From the NCBI RefSeq assembly GCF_006345805.1, contig NC_042998.1:76942001-77006000 (forward strand): 64,000 nucleotides of DNA, in the 5' to 3' direction. The notes under the pieces were generated by a model. The model saw only the letters and a program-made list of their open reading frames with translations. It did no database searches and had not been told where the DNA came from. Below, piece by piece: positions 12,421 through 24,891 of the stretch (position 1 is its first letter; every line of letters starts with the position of its first letter). The DNA is from Octopus sinensis (Eukaryota). The translations under genes and the position numbers were made by a program.

Positions 12421-13376
12421 TTATATATATATATATATATATATGTGAGTGTGTGTGAATGTGTGTGTACATACATACATGCATACATATATATGTATAC
12501 ATATATTTGTATACATACATATATATACATATGTATACATACATATACAGGCATACATATGCATGCGTATACATACATACGTAAACATACACACGTACAT
12601 GTATGTGTATATATATATATATATATTAATTAAATTTTATATATTTAAAAAAAATTAAATATATGTATATGTAAATTCTTTTTTATTTAATCGCTGCTCC
12701 ATGATTGACATTTAAGTTTACTCCCACATAGACAGAGTTGTGTTTCTCTGCATTTAACACAGTTACATGTATCTAAAGTTCCTGCGGAGTATTTGTACAT
12801 TAGGTTTTATATGTGATGGAAATGTAAAGAATAGCCATGAGATGAAAACCAATTAAAATCAGTGTGTAGGATCTAAAATATTCAAAGAAGATATTTTCAT
12901 TAACAGCAAGACAACAAATGTGTTGCATTTACTGGTAAACGGAGGGAACAATATTAAACAGAAAGGTTTACATATTTAAAAAAAGGAGCGTAAATGCATC
13001 TTTATGAATAGCTGTAACAAATGGAAGCAAACGAGCAGTATATATGGAAGAGAAATTTAAGGGGCAAAATAAAAGATTAATATTAAATTTAATTTCGCGA
13101 ACCAAGTAATTGACACGAACAATTAAACTGTCTAGTGTAACTTTGCATTAAATATAATGAATTAAAAGTGAAGCGAACCGGAATGTTTACAAGAAAATCA
13201 GGAAGATAAAGAATTATGAAGTTATATAGTAAATATGAATAAAATAAATGAAAAAAAATCTCTGTAATTTATTTCATTTCAAAGTAGCAAAATTTTACAT
13301 CAAAACCGATTAATTACACGCCAGAAGGAATGAGTGCTCAAAGGCTAGGCGAGGAAAAAGCAACAAGACAATTAGC

Positions 13377-13463
<87 letters not shown>

Positions 13464-13465
13464 AA
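13377..13465. repeat. (AAT)n(AAG)n microsatellite
   Basis: Direct inspection. Confidence 0.95.
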
Positions 13466-13695
13466 TACAAAAAAAAAAACAAATACAAAATAGAAACACA
13501 AAATAAAGCATATAAGAAAAGTAAACAAAACATTTGCAGGAGCTGTATAAAAGTAATGTTTCTGACGTCATTCAGTGATATAATAAATATACAGAGAATT
13601 CCACAGATTAGTGTATGAATAAGAAATATAAATCAGCATGTATGGTAATAATAGTAGTAATAGTAGTAGTAGTAGTAGTAGTGTTAGCAATAGGA

Positions 13696-14135
13696 CTATT
13701 ATTATTTTCTCTTTATCACAGGTTTTGTTTGAGCTCCAGCAGTCTTGCATGCGTATCGGGCTTACTACCTGCAGCATACGGTACCATGTTATTCGCTATT
13801 TTCAGCTGTCTGATACTTTCCTGATCATTCTGTCCGTGCCAAGGAGGCAAACGTTTTGTAACAGTTCTACAGAGCTCTCTATACAATTTCCTTTATATTC
13901 CTCTTAATGCCTTCTGATACTGTTCTCAAGAACCAAAAAATAATTGGCACTATCTTCACTTCCTTCATCTTCCATAGGTGGGCTATTTCGTACTTGAGAA
14001 GCTTGTATCTATCAATCTTTTCGCTTTCCTTCTTGACTATTCGTGCGTCAAAGGGGCATGCAACGTCAACTATATCGTATATATGGTGCACCTTGTCCAC
14101 CATCACTTGGTCCGGTCTGTTATACTCTAGCACTA
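13696..14135 (-). mobile_element. R4/Dong-clade non-LTR retrotransposon, 3' RLE fragment
   Basis: NRPDQVMVDK...DVACPFDARIVKKESEKIDRYKLLKYEIAHLWKMKEVKIVPII, the PD..D restriction-like endonuclease signature. Confidence 0.85.
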
Positions 14136-14177
14136 TCATTATTATTATTGTTAATATTATCAATATTATTATTATTT

Positions 14178-14345
14178 AGTCGGCGAGCTGGCGAAATTAT
14201 TAGCACATCGGGCGAAATGCCGCTCTGATTTCGAATTCCGTCGAGGTTGATTTTGCTTTTCATCCTTTGTGGGTCGAAAAATTAAGTACCACTTGAACAC
14301 TGAGGTCAATGTAATCGACACATCCCCTTGTGGAAAAATTTGAAA
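14178..14345 (+). mobile_element. SINE family 1
   Basis: GGCGAGCTGGCGAAAT head; preceded by (ATT)n. Confidence 0.85.
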
Positions 14346-14351
14346 CCATAA

Positions 14352-15590
14352 TTATTACTTTTTCTCTTTATCACAGGTTTTGTTGGGGACTCAACAATAA
14401 TTGGCACTATCTACATTTTCATTTTCTATAGACGGGCTATTCCGTACTTGAGAATGTTGTATGTATCTTTTCGCCTTCCTTCTTGACTATTCGCACGTTA
14501 GCTATATAGCATATGTGGTACCCCTTATCCACCACCACTAGGTCCGGTCCGTTATGCTCTAGCACCTGATCTGTTTAGATTGGGAAGTCCTAGAGGTTTT
14601 TACTAGTCTCCGACTCCGCCACTCACTGCGGTTTCTGCTCATACTACGTCTTGCCTCTCTCTAGTCCTCACCTTTCGCACAGTTTCTAGTGTAGCACTTT
14701 CGCCACCTGATGGTCTCGTCACAGTTTGTAGTTGTTTGGGGCATGTCTAGGGCATTCGTTCGTGGTATGGGCAATATTTTTATCCACTGCAGATACGGCA
14801 CAGCGGAAACATTTGCTCATTCCTAAGGGTGACCCTCCAGTTCGTGGCCAAAGCTTGTTCTTGAGCTGCCAGTATAGTGCTCGCGGTTTCTTGTTTTAGA
14901 GTTCCTTTCATCAGCCAAACTCACCTGTTTTTTCCAGCAACTTCTGTTGTGGCTACATGCAATTGGTTTTGTAATTCTTGCGTAATTCTTCATGTCCCTT
15001 TTGCACTTCTTCCTTTGTTTTCCCTTTTTTCTCTGCTTTCAATACTCCCTCTTACCTAAATGTCTCTAGCAAGATTTCCTTACTTTGGGCTAGGTATCTC
15101 ATTAAGTTCTCGAGTTTTATACGCACGCAGTTTTCCACACGTATCAGTCCTCTTCCTACATTTGCTCTCTTCATGTATAGGCGATCAGTGTCCGCACGTG
15201 GATGATGGGCTCCATGCATCGTCAGAAGCTTTCTTGGCTTCCTGTCCGTCTCCTTTATCTCCTCCTCTGTCCACTTCAGGATCCCAGCGCCATACCGAAG
15301 TACTGCAACTGCGTGCGAGTTTGTTGCCGAAATTATGTTTCTGGTATTCAGCTTTGAAGTCAATATTTTTCTCACTCGCCACGAGTACTCCCTTTTTGTC
15401 TTTTCATTCATGTCATTCGTTCCATCTACCTCAAGTATTCCCACGTGTTTGTAGCTGGACTGAAGTTGAATTTCACCACTTGACAACCACACGCCTTCTG
15501 TTCTGAAGAGTTTCCCGTCTCATTACAATCGTAGCACATTTTGAGAGTCCAAACTCCATCTTAATATCATTGGAGAAAATCTGCACAGGA
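14352..15590 (-). mobile_element. R4/Dong-clade element, RT thumb to RLE, decayed
   Basis: YKHVGILE...KLNTRNIISATNSHAVAVLRYGAGILKWTEEEIKETDRKPRKLLTMHGAHHPRADTDRLYMKR...GRGLI. Confidence 0.85.
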
Positions 15591-15617
15591 CTTCTTCTTC
15601 TTCTTCTTCTTCTTCTA

Positions 15618-15667
<50 letters not shown>

Positions 15668-15670
<3 letters not shown>

Positions 15671-15872
15671 GGCAGCGAGCTGGCGAAATCGTTATCACGC
15701 CAAGCAAAATGCTTAGCGGCATTTCGTGTCTCTTTACGTCCTGGGTTCAAATTCCGCCGAGATCGACTTTACCTTTAATCCTTTCGGGATCGATAAATTA
15801 AGTATCAGGTGCGTACAGGGTCGATCTAAAGGATTGGTCCCATCTTCACAAATTTTCCTATAATTGAAAGGA
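15668..15872 (+). mobile_element. SINE family 1 embedded in (TTA)n
   Basis: Full head and body; (TTA)n on both sides. Confidence 0.9.
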
Positions 15873-15881
15873 TTATTATTA

Positions 15882-15932
<51 letters not shown>

Positions 15933-15934
<2 letters not shown>

Positions 15935-18300
15935 CACTCAACAGACTAGACTGTAGGAAAAGAAAAGAATCCTAACATCGAGCTACATCAAGTAGCCTTT
16001 GATGCCAAGAACCCTCCTTAGTATCCTAGGTGTCCCTAATAGCACTGTGCCGGTTTTGTATATTTCAAATTGGATCAAGCCTCGACCTCCTTCTAGTACT
16101 CCTAGATACTTATAATTCTATCCTCTTTACTACAGTTTAATGGCTGGCTATCTGGTAATTGGATTTCTTTGCTGTTGACTACCTGTCCCCATCTCATGAC
16201 TAATATTGCACACTTCTCAATGCCAAATTCCATGTCTATATCTTTGCTGAAGAATCTTACATTCTATATTAAGGAATCTGACTCTTTTTTCATTCTTACA
16301 AAAAGCTTCAGATCATCCATTTAGAGCAAACGGTTAGGTTTTAGATTATTATTTCTGAACTGATACCATGATTTTGCCTTCCTTAATACTAAACTGAAGG
16401 GGATCAAACAAGACAAATATTCTTTTCAACTCTAGACGCAATGCCAGAAATTTTTTGGGGAGGGGGCTAGTCGATTAGATCGATCCCAGTACGCAACTGG
16501 TACTTAATTTATCGACCCCGAAAGGATGAAAGGCAAAGTCAACCTCGGCGAAATTTGAACTCAAAACGAAGTTAGCTCGGCACGCTAACGATTCTGCCAA
16601 CTCGCCGCCTTAAACATAAGACAAATATTAAAGGGGACAACGAGGCCCTCTGAAAAATTCCTCTTTTGATGTTAGCTTTCCCTAACAATGTGTCACCTAA
16701 GTAGAGATCTACTTTCCATTTGTTCATGCGACAGCTAATTAATTCTCTTATGTTGTCTGCTATACTGAATGTACTCAAACATTCACTTATCCATGAGTGT
16801 GGTATCATGTCATAGGCTTTCCTATAATCTATCCACGCAATTGTGAGATTTTTTTCTGTCTAGATTTTACTATATTTAGAACTGCTTTGTCTACATATAA
16901 TAAATCATGCGCTTCTCTAGCCTTCTTCTTGCAACCATACTCTTCTTCTTGTAGTAAATTCTGGTTGTCATGATGCTCATAAATGCTTTCTGAAACAGCT
17001 TCCACACTAACGGTAAGCAAGTGATTGGTCTATAGTTGCTAGCTGTATTACCCTTGCTCATATCTTTCATAATGTGTTTTGTCGTCCTTCTAGTCATCCA
17101 ATCTGGTATAAGTCCTCCATTAAGGCAATCCTGAAGTTGTTCCCGCAACCTCTACTGAATTTCTTTAGCCAGTTGTCTTGAACTAAATCCGGTCCTGGGC
17201 CCTTCCAATTCGGCATTTTTCCTAACACTTTACTCATTACTGCACTAGTTAATCTTAGATCTGGCTGCTTCTCACCCACTACTTCTTCCCTCACTTTTTT
17301 TAACCATACTACATCTCCATTATGACTTACTAGCTTATCACAAATGCTACTCCAGAGTTTTCTCGCTTCTTCCGCATTAGAATTTTTTCGTTCTCCACTA
17401 TTTATTTGGTTATAAAGTCTCCCCTCATCTGTCTCAAATAATCTATTCTGTTGATACTGATCTATTCTGTTCTGATATCTGGAGGACTTGCCTACTACTG
17501 CTATGATACGTTGTCTCATCTCTTATATTACTGTCCCCAATTCCTTCACTTTGATTAAGTACATTTTCTCGAGGGTAGACTTGCATATTGTGTTTCCTAA
17601 CTTGCTTGTTTTCCAGGCTTCTATTCTACTCAGATCATGTCTTAAAGTCTTCACTTAATTTTGTAGTCTCCTTTTCCACATTTCTTCTTTTTAAATCTTT
17701 CCCAGTGAGGTGTCTTCTGGTATTTACTGTCCCTTCTACATAGAGCAATAAGTTAGTGTCCCGTATATTTTTAGTATCTATTCTACTGATAAAAGAATCT
17801 ACTTTCCTGGTCATTTCTAGCAGCTTCCTTCTGCTGATGCCTTTAATGCTGGTAATCTTTTTCTAACGTCTTTAATCATTACTTCCTGCAACGCATCTAA
17901 AATCTTCTGATCTTCCTCACTTAAATCACTAAAGTCGTTGCTGCCAGTTGTCCGTTCCTTATTGGTAGCGCTTTTACTATTTTTACTTTAAGTGTAAACT
18001 GTATCACTTATGTTGCTGTTTGGCTGTTCCACTGTCTGCTCTGTTTTTCCAATTTTCATGTGATCTATTCTACTTCCATTTTTGCCATCCACTTTCTTCT
18101 AATAGTATTAGCTTGATCAACTAATTTCTCTTCAGTCACTTCTCTACAGCCCCTTCTTTTAGGTCCTCTTTCTAAGTAGCATCGCATCACTATCCTGCTT
18201 TCTTCGGAGGTCCACTTCCTCCTCCTCGCCCTATTATCTGCTGATGCTGTATTAGGATAACAGCTGTGGTAGGTTGTGGTCAGTACTGAACCATTGCCGA
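15933..18300 (-). mobile_element. R4/Dong-clade element, N-terminus through RT, decayed and internally deleted
   Basis: RRRKWTSEES..MRCY; QQNRLFETDEGRLY; MPNWKGPGPDLVQ; NYRPITCLPLVWKL; MIPHSWI; RGIFQRASLSPLIFVL; MDDLKLF; YKYLGVLE. Confidence 0.9.
16440..16612 (-). mobile_element. SINE family 1 inserted into the R4/Dong RT
   Basis: Interrupts the RT just after LSPLIFVLCL. Confidence 0.9.
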
Positions 18301-18379
18301 GCGAAAGGCATTCTCTTAAAGGTCCAACTTCATTTTCGTTGTTACAGCAGAGTTTCTTCGGAAACTCTTGTCTCTGTTG

Positions 18380-18950
18380 CAAGGTAACGTTTCTCATCCT
18401 CGTAATCACTACTATTATTTTTCGATATCTGAAAGTTTCAAGCAATCTTATATTGCATCACTTGTTGCCCCCTGTGCTGCTGGCATACTGTGAGCTGCAT
18501 TTGTTTTGGTGCGTTGTAATTGTATTGTATCAGTACATTTTGTTACGTGGTTTGATTTGAGTTTTCTGTTGTATTAGCTTTTATATTGTGAGGTGTTTGT
18601 GCAGCGCAGATTGTGTTCTTTTGTCGGGTATCGGCCTTCTACGGCACATGTGGGTTTTGTTCATTTTGTTGGGTATTTGCAGTATGAGTTTATTCTTGAA
18701 TGTTTTTGGCGGAATGTTGCATATTAGTATGTGTGTGTAACTCAGAAATCAACCATTTTATAGTATTTATGATTATCCATTCACCGTTCTTTCTCTTTTG
18801 CTTCGTTTTGTCATGGGTTCCATTATTTATTCTTCTTATCATTTTCATTATCTTTTTACAATTCTGTTCCCTTTTCTTGCCGAGTATCTTTCTGACACCT
18901 AGGGCAGAGGAACGCACTGTACACTTTTGTAGGCCATTAATATAAACACA
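18380..18950 (-). mobile_element. Penelope-like RT C-terminus / GIY-YIG remnant
   Basis: NMQHSAKNI and KPTCAVEGR..TK resemble the PLE linker C..EGKCL.KN.IY region; many stops. Confidence 0.4.
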
Positions 18951-19101
18951 CCAGATTCTTCATTTACGAAGTTATGTGACAGAGAAAATGCGGAAGAAAG
19001 ACAGAAAAAATATAAAAGTAAAAGAAAATAAAGGGCAAAAAAGAAGGAAACTTCACAAAGACAATGCTCTTTTCCATACGGGTGACATAACAGTTAAGAC
19101 A

Positions 19102-19139
<38 letters not shown>

Positions 19140-19144
<5 letters not shown>

Positions 19145-19362
19145 TGGTGAGCTGACAGAATCATTAGTAAATTGGACGAAATGTTTAACGGTATTTCGCC
19201 CGTTGTTCCGTTGTGTGTTCAAATACTGCCGAGGTAGAATTTGCTTTTCATTTTTTCGTAGACGATAAAATAAGTGTCAGTTGAACACTAGGGTCGATAT
19301 AATCGATTCATCTCCCCCTCCAGTATTACTGCTCTTGTGGCAAAATTTGAAGCCATTTTTAT
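19140..19362 (+). mobile_element. SINE family 1
   Basis: Consensus match after (TTA)n. Confidence 0.85.
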
Positions 19363-19366
19363 TATT

Positions 19367-19890
19367 GAGTGAGAGAGCAGTGCATACAATCAGTGACACT
19401 GAGGATAAAATATACGAAGCCCAGTATACCCAACATAACTACCCATCTGATCAGAGTAAACCAAGCACGTGCATCACTACCATATGTGCACAACATAGTG
19501 ATTTCATATCAAGATAAATAGCGCATAAACTTGTAACTGGGGTCCTGTTAGAATTTTCTTGAGGTCGATTAGCCCATCCCGCTCAAATGTTCCTTGAATA
19601 AGGGTTCTGCTTAAGGAATTTGAACGAAACACCCATGTTTTCACTGGTGAATTATTCAAGCTTCTAAGAATCTCTCTCAACACGTGGCTATGATGGTCTC
19701 CCATTACTTCTGCTTCTGATCATAGATGCACATATCGTCAGCCACAAACTGGTTATGGTCAAACAACTGAGAAGCAAATCTTTGGTTTTAAGAAGAATAT
19801 TTGCTGTAGCCCATCTTTTATACCAACCAAAACAATGCACATGGTATCCCTTTCAATCATTTAAGATCAGAAGCCTGGTACTGCATAACA
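19367..19890 (-). mobile_element. ~520-bp TAA-flanked non-coding retroposon (longest copy)
   Basis: Homologous to 24400-24760 and 37998-38337. Confidence 0.75.
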
Positions 19891-19898
19891 TTATTATT

Positions 19899-20105
19899 AA
19901 AGCAGTGAGCTGGCAGAATCGTTAGCACGCCAGACGAAATGCTTAGCGGTATTTCGTCTGCCGTTACGTTCTGAGTTCAAATTCTGCCGAGGTCCACTTT
20001 GCCTTTCATCCTTTCGGAGTCGATTAAATAAGTACCAGTTACGCACTGGGGTCGATGTAATCGACTTAATCTTCTTCCCTAAGCTGCCCTTGGGGCAAAA
20101 ATTAT
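19899..20105 (+). mobile_element. SINE family 1
   Basis: Near-consensus copy followed by (TTA)n. Confidence 0.9.
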
Positions 20106-20184
20106 TCTTGGTATTATTATTATTATATTATTATTATTATTATTATTATTATTATCATGCATGCTAATTTACCTAGCAGGTATT

Positions 20185-20482
20185 CTATCTTGAGTTTTGG
20201 TGGCATTGAGTTTTCTCAAATCTCAAGAATCTTCCATAATATAGGATAGTGCTTTTCTGTCTCTTTTACCATTTCTGTTATCTGAGATCAGTGTTTCAGT
20301 GTTGTTTGTTTCTTTTCTACATTTTGTGCCCTCCACATGTATAGAGAAAATGTATTTTCTTTATTTGTGTTGTTTTAGTAAGTGTAGTAGCCATAGAAGT
20401 TTTGTTTCTAAATATTTTTCTTGTGGAACTATTCTTATTTTACAGTAGGTTTGAAACTGTGCCAGCCTCGAACTCTTGAGTG

Positions 20483-20536
<54 letters not shown>

Positions 20537-20770
20537 TGTGCCTGCTCTTGGATGGCCTTCGGTTTAGTGTTAAAGGTTTCCTGTTTTTTTTTTATCTAAG
20601 CTCTTCAATTCCTTAATCTGCCGGTTTATCATGTTTAAACTGTTCTTTCCGTCTGGTACAGCTAGCGTGTTTATCCTTATTATATTATTTTTAGCATTGA
20701 GTTCAGTGTCTAAAAGTAGCATAGCAGTTATTACTAAAACGGGCGGTGAACAGCTCCAGCTGGGTGGAGT
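20185..20770 (-). mobile_element. R4/Dong fragment (post-RT region), split by (TA)n
   Basis: TELNAKNNIIRINTLAVP...IKELKSLDKK; similar to the element at 36.5 kb. Confidence 0.7.
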
Positions 20771-21255
20771 TAAATACAAGTGAGACGATAATGGGGTGGC
20801 TAGTGTGTGTGTGGGGGTTGATAGAAGTAAAAACAACAAAATAATAAGGGTTGTTTAAGGATGATGATCAAAACATCCATGTTGTAGTAGTAGTAGTGTG
20901 GTGATCGGTATGACGGTCATGGCGATGGTAGTAGCGGTGTGGTGATGGTAGTGGTGGTAGAAAACGAAGAACATAATTGTTACGAGACAATTACACATTT
21001 TTATTGTTTTACTTCTTTTAACGGGAGAATTATATAACTTCGACCAATAAAGCAACATCACTTAGATCCAAAATTATATTTGATTGCTCGAAATATAAAT
21101 ACAATGTTCCTAAAATTTTATTAAGTTACTACTTTACACAGTTTTCCTGTATTGTTCTCAGACAGTGATCATAACTAATTCAATCGGATTCTTGAAATAA
21201 TTTATAACTTTCGTTTGTACATTAATATTCAACATTCTGAAATATCCAAAAAAGA

Positions 21256-22317
21256 ATAAAATCCGACAGTGGATTCAACATCATTGACTTGTTGGGGTTG
21301 ATGGCGATGAGTCGTTAAATGAACTGCACCGCTCTGGCGAAGCCTGACAGCAAATACTTTTCTTTGTTTGAATGTGATGGATACGGTGTCCAGTAAATTT
21401 TTGGAAGTAATAACGACAAAATTATTCTATTTTCTTGTTTGTTCACAACTATTAGTGTAAATTATTTCACCAATTTCACCTGTTTGGTATCGAAATTACT
21501 CAGGTTTTAGATGATAGAATTTGGCAGAAAATTGCGATATAATGAAGACCCTTACCCATATTAATTCCCAAAATTGGTCAGTTTCTAGACGGTGACGGTC
21601 TCAAATTCATAGCAAAGACGTATCGGCTCAGCTTGAACGAACTGAGGAAGTATATCACACTGTAACTCATCTCCTTGAGTGGAAATCATACATTATGAAC
21701 TCGTTTATTCAGACTCTTGAGATTGTGTTTCCCGAAAGGGAAAACTTCTTTGCACGTTTGAAACAGTTTTTAATTGCTCTAGCATCGCCTGTAATTGTGG
21801 ATACAGATTTTCCCAAGCTGCGGTGAGTAGAATATGTTTGTGGGATTCTATGGCAGGCAGACAGCAGACTGGACAATTTAGGCGAAATTGCCATGAATGG
21901 CGGTTATGTAGAACATTTAAAGTGTCAAGATATTTTTCTTCGTTTTGTGGCAAAAGTTCAATAACAGGAGAATTGCTGCTGTATTAGTTGTGCTATTGCA
22001 ATAGACATTGCTGTCGTTCAGGTCTCATTCTTGCTTTCATCAATTACATTTTTGGAATTATTCCCTATTTATTATATTCATTTATTATAAATTAGCAATG
22101 AAACTGAGAAATGATTTTAAATTATATAAAATCACATATACTTTCTTCCCCGTCTTTATAGCTCTCTAGCCAATTCTTTCCTTGATTAGTACACAACGAT
22201 GTTACTGGCACTGGCTTGAAATTTGTTAATGCTCAAATGGCAGATAACATAAGCCGTCTTTTCACCGTCGTCAGCAACAACGTTGTTCTATTTTTTGTTT
22301 TGTATTTCGGTTTTTGA
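21256..22317 (+). pseudogene. Decayed coding-like patch, possibly LRR (F-box/RNI-like)
   Basis: One frame runs 21596-21961 with a single stop (...HLLEWKSYIMNSFIQTLEIVFPERENFFARLKQFLIALASPVIVDTDFPKLR*VEYVCGILWQADSRLDNLGEIAMNGGYVEHLKCQDIFLRFVAK); also HNDVTGTGLKFV at 22192; splice-like sites bound 21713-21822. Confidence 0.28.
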
Positions 22318-23026
22318 GTCAATCATTTTAAACAGTGGTGTTATAAATTTAACACATGCAAATGAAAAATTAATCACTATAAAAATCAATCTTAAGTATT
22401 CATTAATTCGTTAATCACAAAGCATATTTAATTTTCAATGCTTAAATTAAAGTTCAATTACCATAAAATTATTTGTTTTCTGGAATATTTCCAAAAATTA
22501 CCATATCTAAAAATATTCTGATCAGTTGTGATTCCTTGTATCTATCTACCTGCGATGAAAATGAGGCAGTAACTTTCCTAAAGTACAATTTGCAATATTG
22601 TTGCAAAACACTGGAATTGCATTCTGAGAGTTAAACGAGAAATTTGGATGCACAATAAGTAATAAGAAAAAAAAATGCTTTAGTGATTTTAGTTAGCTGT
22701 TGATTAACTACTTATTCAGTATTGAAAAAGTCAGATACCCGCTCATATAAAGGCCACCTATGACTACTAATTATCCAAGAAATATTGATGACAGAAAATT
22801 ATCAATTAATCTAGATATTAATCCATCGTTATCCGGTTAATCATTCTTGAATCTGTAGCGCATGCTATTTTCGGGACTTGCACAGCATAGCCTTAATAGA
22901 CATGTCACTTACTATTTAGTTTTCTCACGGACATTTTGGTTTATTGACCAAATGCATAGTAAAATGGAATATTAAATTTTGCCATGGGAATGTATTAATT
23001 TGTGTAACTAGCTAGAACTGAAACAT

Positions 23027-23064
<38 letters not shown>

Positions 23065-23106
23065 AATAATAAATCTCTGAGCGAGGTATAAACAGTAACT
23101 GCTCTG

Positions 23107-23375
23107 TAATATAAGCGGGATCAGCCATCTGAATGTGGCTAGGGACAGGGCGGGGTGGTGGGGGTGTTACTGATGCATTTAGCCCCAGGCGACTATAGAC
23201 GTCACCAGAAGAGCCGACACCATCACGGTGTCCTTGCTAGCCTAGCAAGGACACCGTGATGGTGTCGGCTCTTCTGGTGACGTCTATAGTCGCCTGGGGC
23301 TAAATGCATCAGTAACACCCCCACCACCCCGCCCTGTCCCTAGCCACATTCAGATGGCTGATCCCGCTTATATTA
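23107..23375. repeat. Perfect 134-bp-arm palindrome with a 1-nt centre
   Basis: 23107-23240 is the exact reverse complement of 23242-23375. Confidence 0.95.
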
Positions 23376-23399
23376 TATATATATATATATATATATACT

Positions 23400-23715
23400 T
23401 TGGGTATACTCTTTCGTTTTTTCTCTCTTCCTGTCTCTTATTCCTTTACATCTTCTTCTCCCGTATTCTATCATTTCACTCTTTCGTTTTCTCTCTTCCC
23501 TTCTCTTATTCTTTTACCTCATCTCCTCCCATTACTCTATCCTTTTACTCTTTCTTTACTCTCTTCCTTTCTCTTATTCTTTTACATCCCCTTCTCCCTC
23601 TCTTTTTCTTTCTTATCCTATCTCTAAATATTTTCCCCTCCACTTCAGTTCTCTGTCTGTCTCTCTCTCTCCTCCACTCTTCCTCCTTTGCACATGTGGC
23701 TCCCATGTGACCATG
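23400..23715. mobile_element. Purine/pyrimidine-skewed repeat fragment, homologous and inverted relative to 25370-25700
   Basis: Shared GTGGCTCCCA(T/C)GTGACCAT and CTCTCTTCCTGTCTCTTATTCCTTTACATC segments. Confidence 0.7.
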
Positions 23716-23847
23716 GGCCATATATATATTGATGATACAGTAAATAAATCGTCGTCTAAATTGCGCGAAAATGAAAATAACACTGACACCTCATTTTAAC
23801 AGATATATTTAACAAAATTACATAAAAATATCTTGAAATACTAAACA

Positions 23848-24215
23848 TGTGCATGATGCAGAGTCTTGATGCTAGACATAGGGTACTCCGGCAGCCACCT
23901 TCTTGACCCAAGGCAGCACTACCTCCTCCAGACACTTGATGTAGGCATCCGTGTTGAGATTAAGGCCATGTAGGAAGATGAATGGAGGCATAACTTCGCC
24001 ATCGCTAGTGATCACTCCAAACACCATGATGCTGACTGGATGTTTGATTTTTATCACTCTCGGTACATGTTTTCGGGACACAGCAAGCCAACGGTCGTTC
24101 TGTGTTCACAATCTGATCCTGGTAGTAATTTTTCCTGTCTGAGAAAAACCAAAGCATGACCGATTAGAGGGTATGCTTGATTTTGTTGAAAAGCTTCGTA
24201 TGACTGGGATAAATA
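23848..24215 (-). mobile_element. Tc1/mariner (maT-like) transposase fragment
   Basis: WFFSD...KHPVSIMVFGVITSDGEVMPPFIF...YIKCLEEVVLPW..VAAG.PYV*HQDSA covers the first two catalytic D regions. Confidence 0.85.
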
Positions 24216-24302
24216 TTGGCCCTTTCTCACCTTGTATGAGGAATACCGAGTGTCTTCAAAATTAAACAATGCAAAATTAAATTGGCGACAGTTTACCCAT
24301 CG

Positions 24303-24356
<54 letters not shown>

Positions 24357-24399
24357 TTCTCTCTCTCTCTCTCTATAATAATAATAATAATGTACCTTA

Positions 24400-24758
24400 T
24401 TGGCTGACGATATGTGCATCTCTGATCACGAGCAGAAGTAGTGGGGGAGCATCATAGCCATGTGTTGAGAGGGATTCTTTGGGGTTTGAATGATTCACCT
24501 CTGGAAACATCTTAAACAACCCTTATTCAGGGACCTTTTGAGCAGGATGGGCTACTCAACCTGAAGAAAATTCTAACTGGGCCCCACCTGCAAGGTCATG
24601 TGCTGTTTATCTTGATATGAGATCACCATGTCGCGCACATATGGTTGTGATGCATGTGCCTGGTGTACCTTTATCAGACGGGTAGTCATGATGGGTATAT
24701 TGGGCTTCGTATATTTTACCCCAGTGTCACTTTGATGGCATGAACTGCTCTCTCACTC

Positions 24759-24760
<2 letters not shown>
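24400..24760 (+). mobile_element. TAA-flanked non-coding retroposon, 5'-shortened
   Basis: Ends CTGCTCTCTCACTC(AAT)n; (AAT)n also precedes it. Confidence 0.8.
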
Positions 24761-24793
<33 letters not shown>

Positions 24794-24841
24794 TAACATA
24801 ACAATAATAATAATAATAATAATATAACAATAATATATATA

Positions 24842-24884
<43 letters not shown>

Positions 24885-24891
<7 letters not shown>

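Noticed and set aside
12690-12790. Cys-rich minus-strand reading (TCNCVKCRETQLCLCGSKLKC)
   Set aside because: Only ~31 codons, no donor and no recognisable domain.
18065-18445. 126-aa ORF
   Set aside because: Chimeric read-through from a PLE remnant into the decayed Dong N-terminus.
24560-24570. CTGAAGA in the TAA-flanked retroposon (also ~38136)
   Set aside because: No downstream stem II-GAAA-UH architecture.
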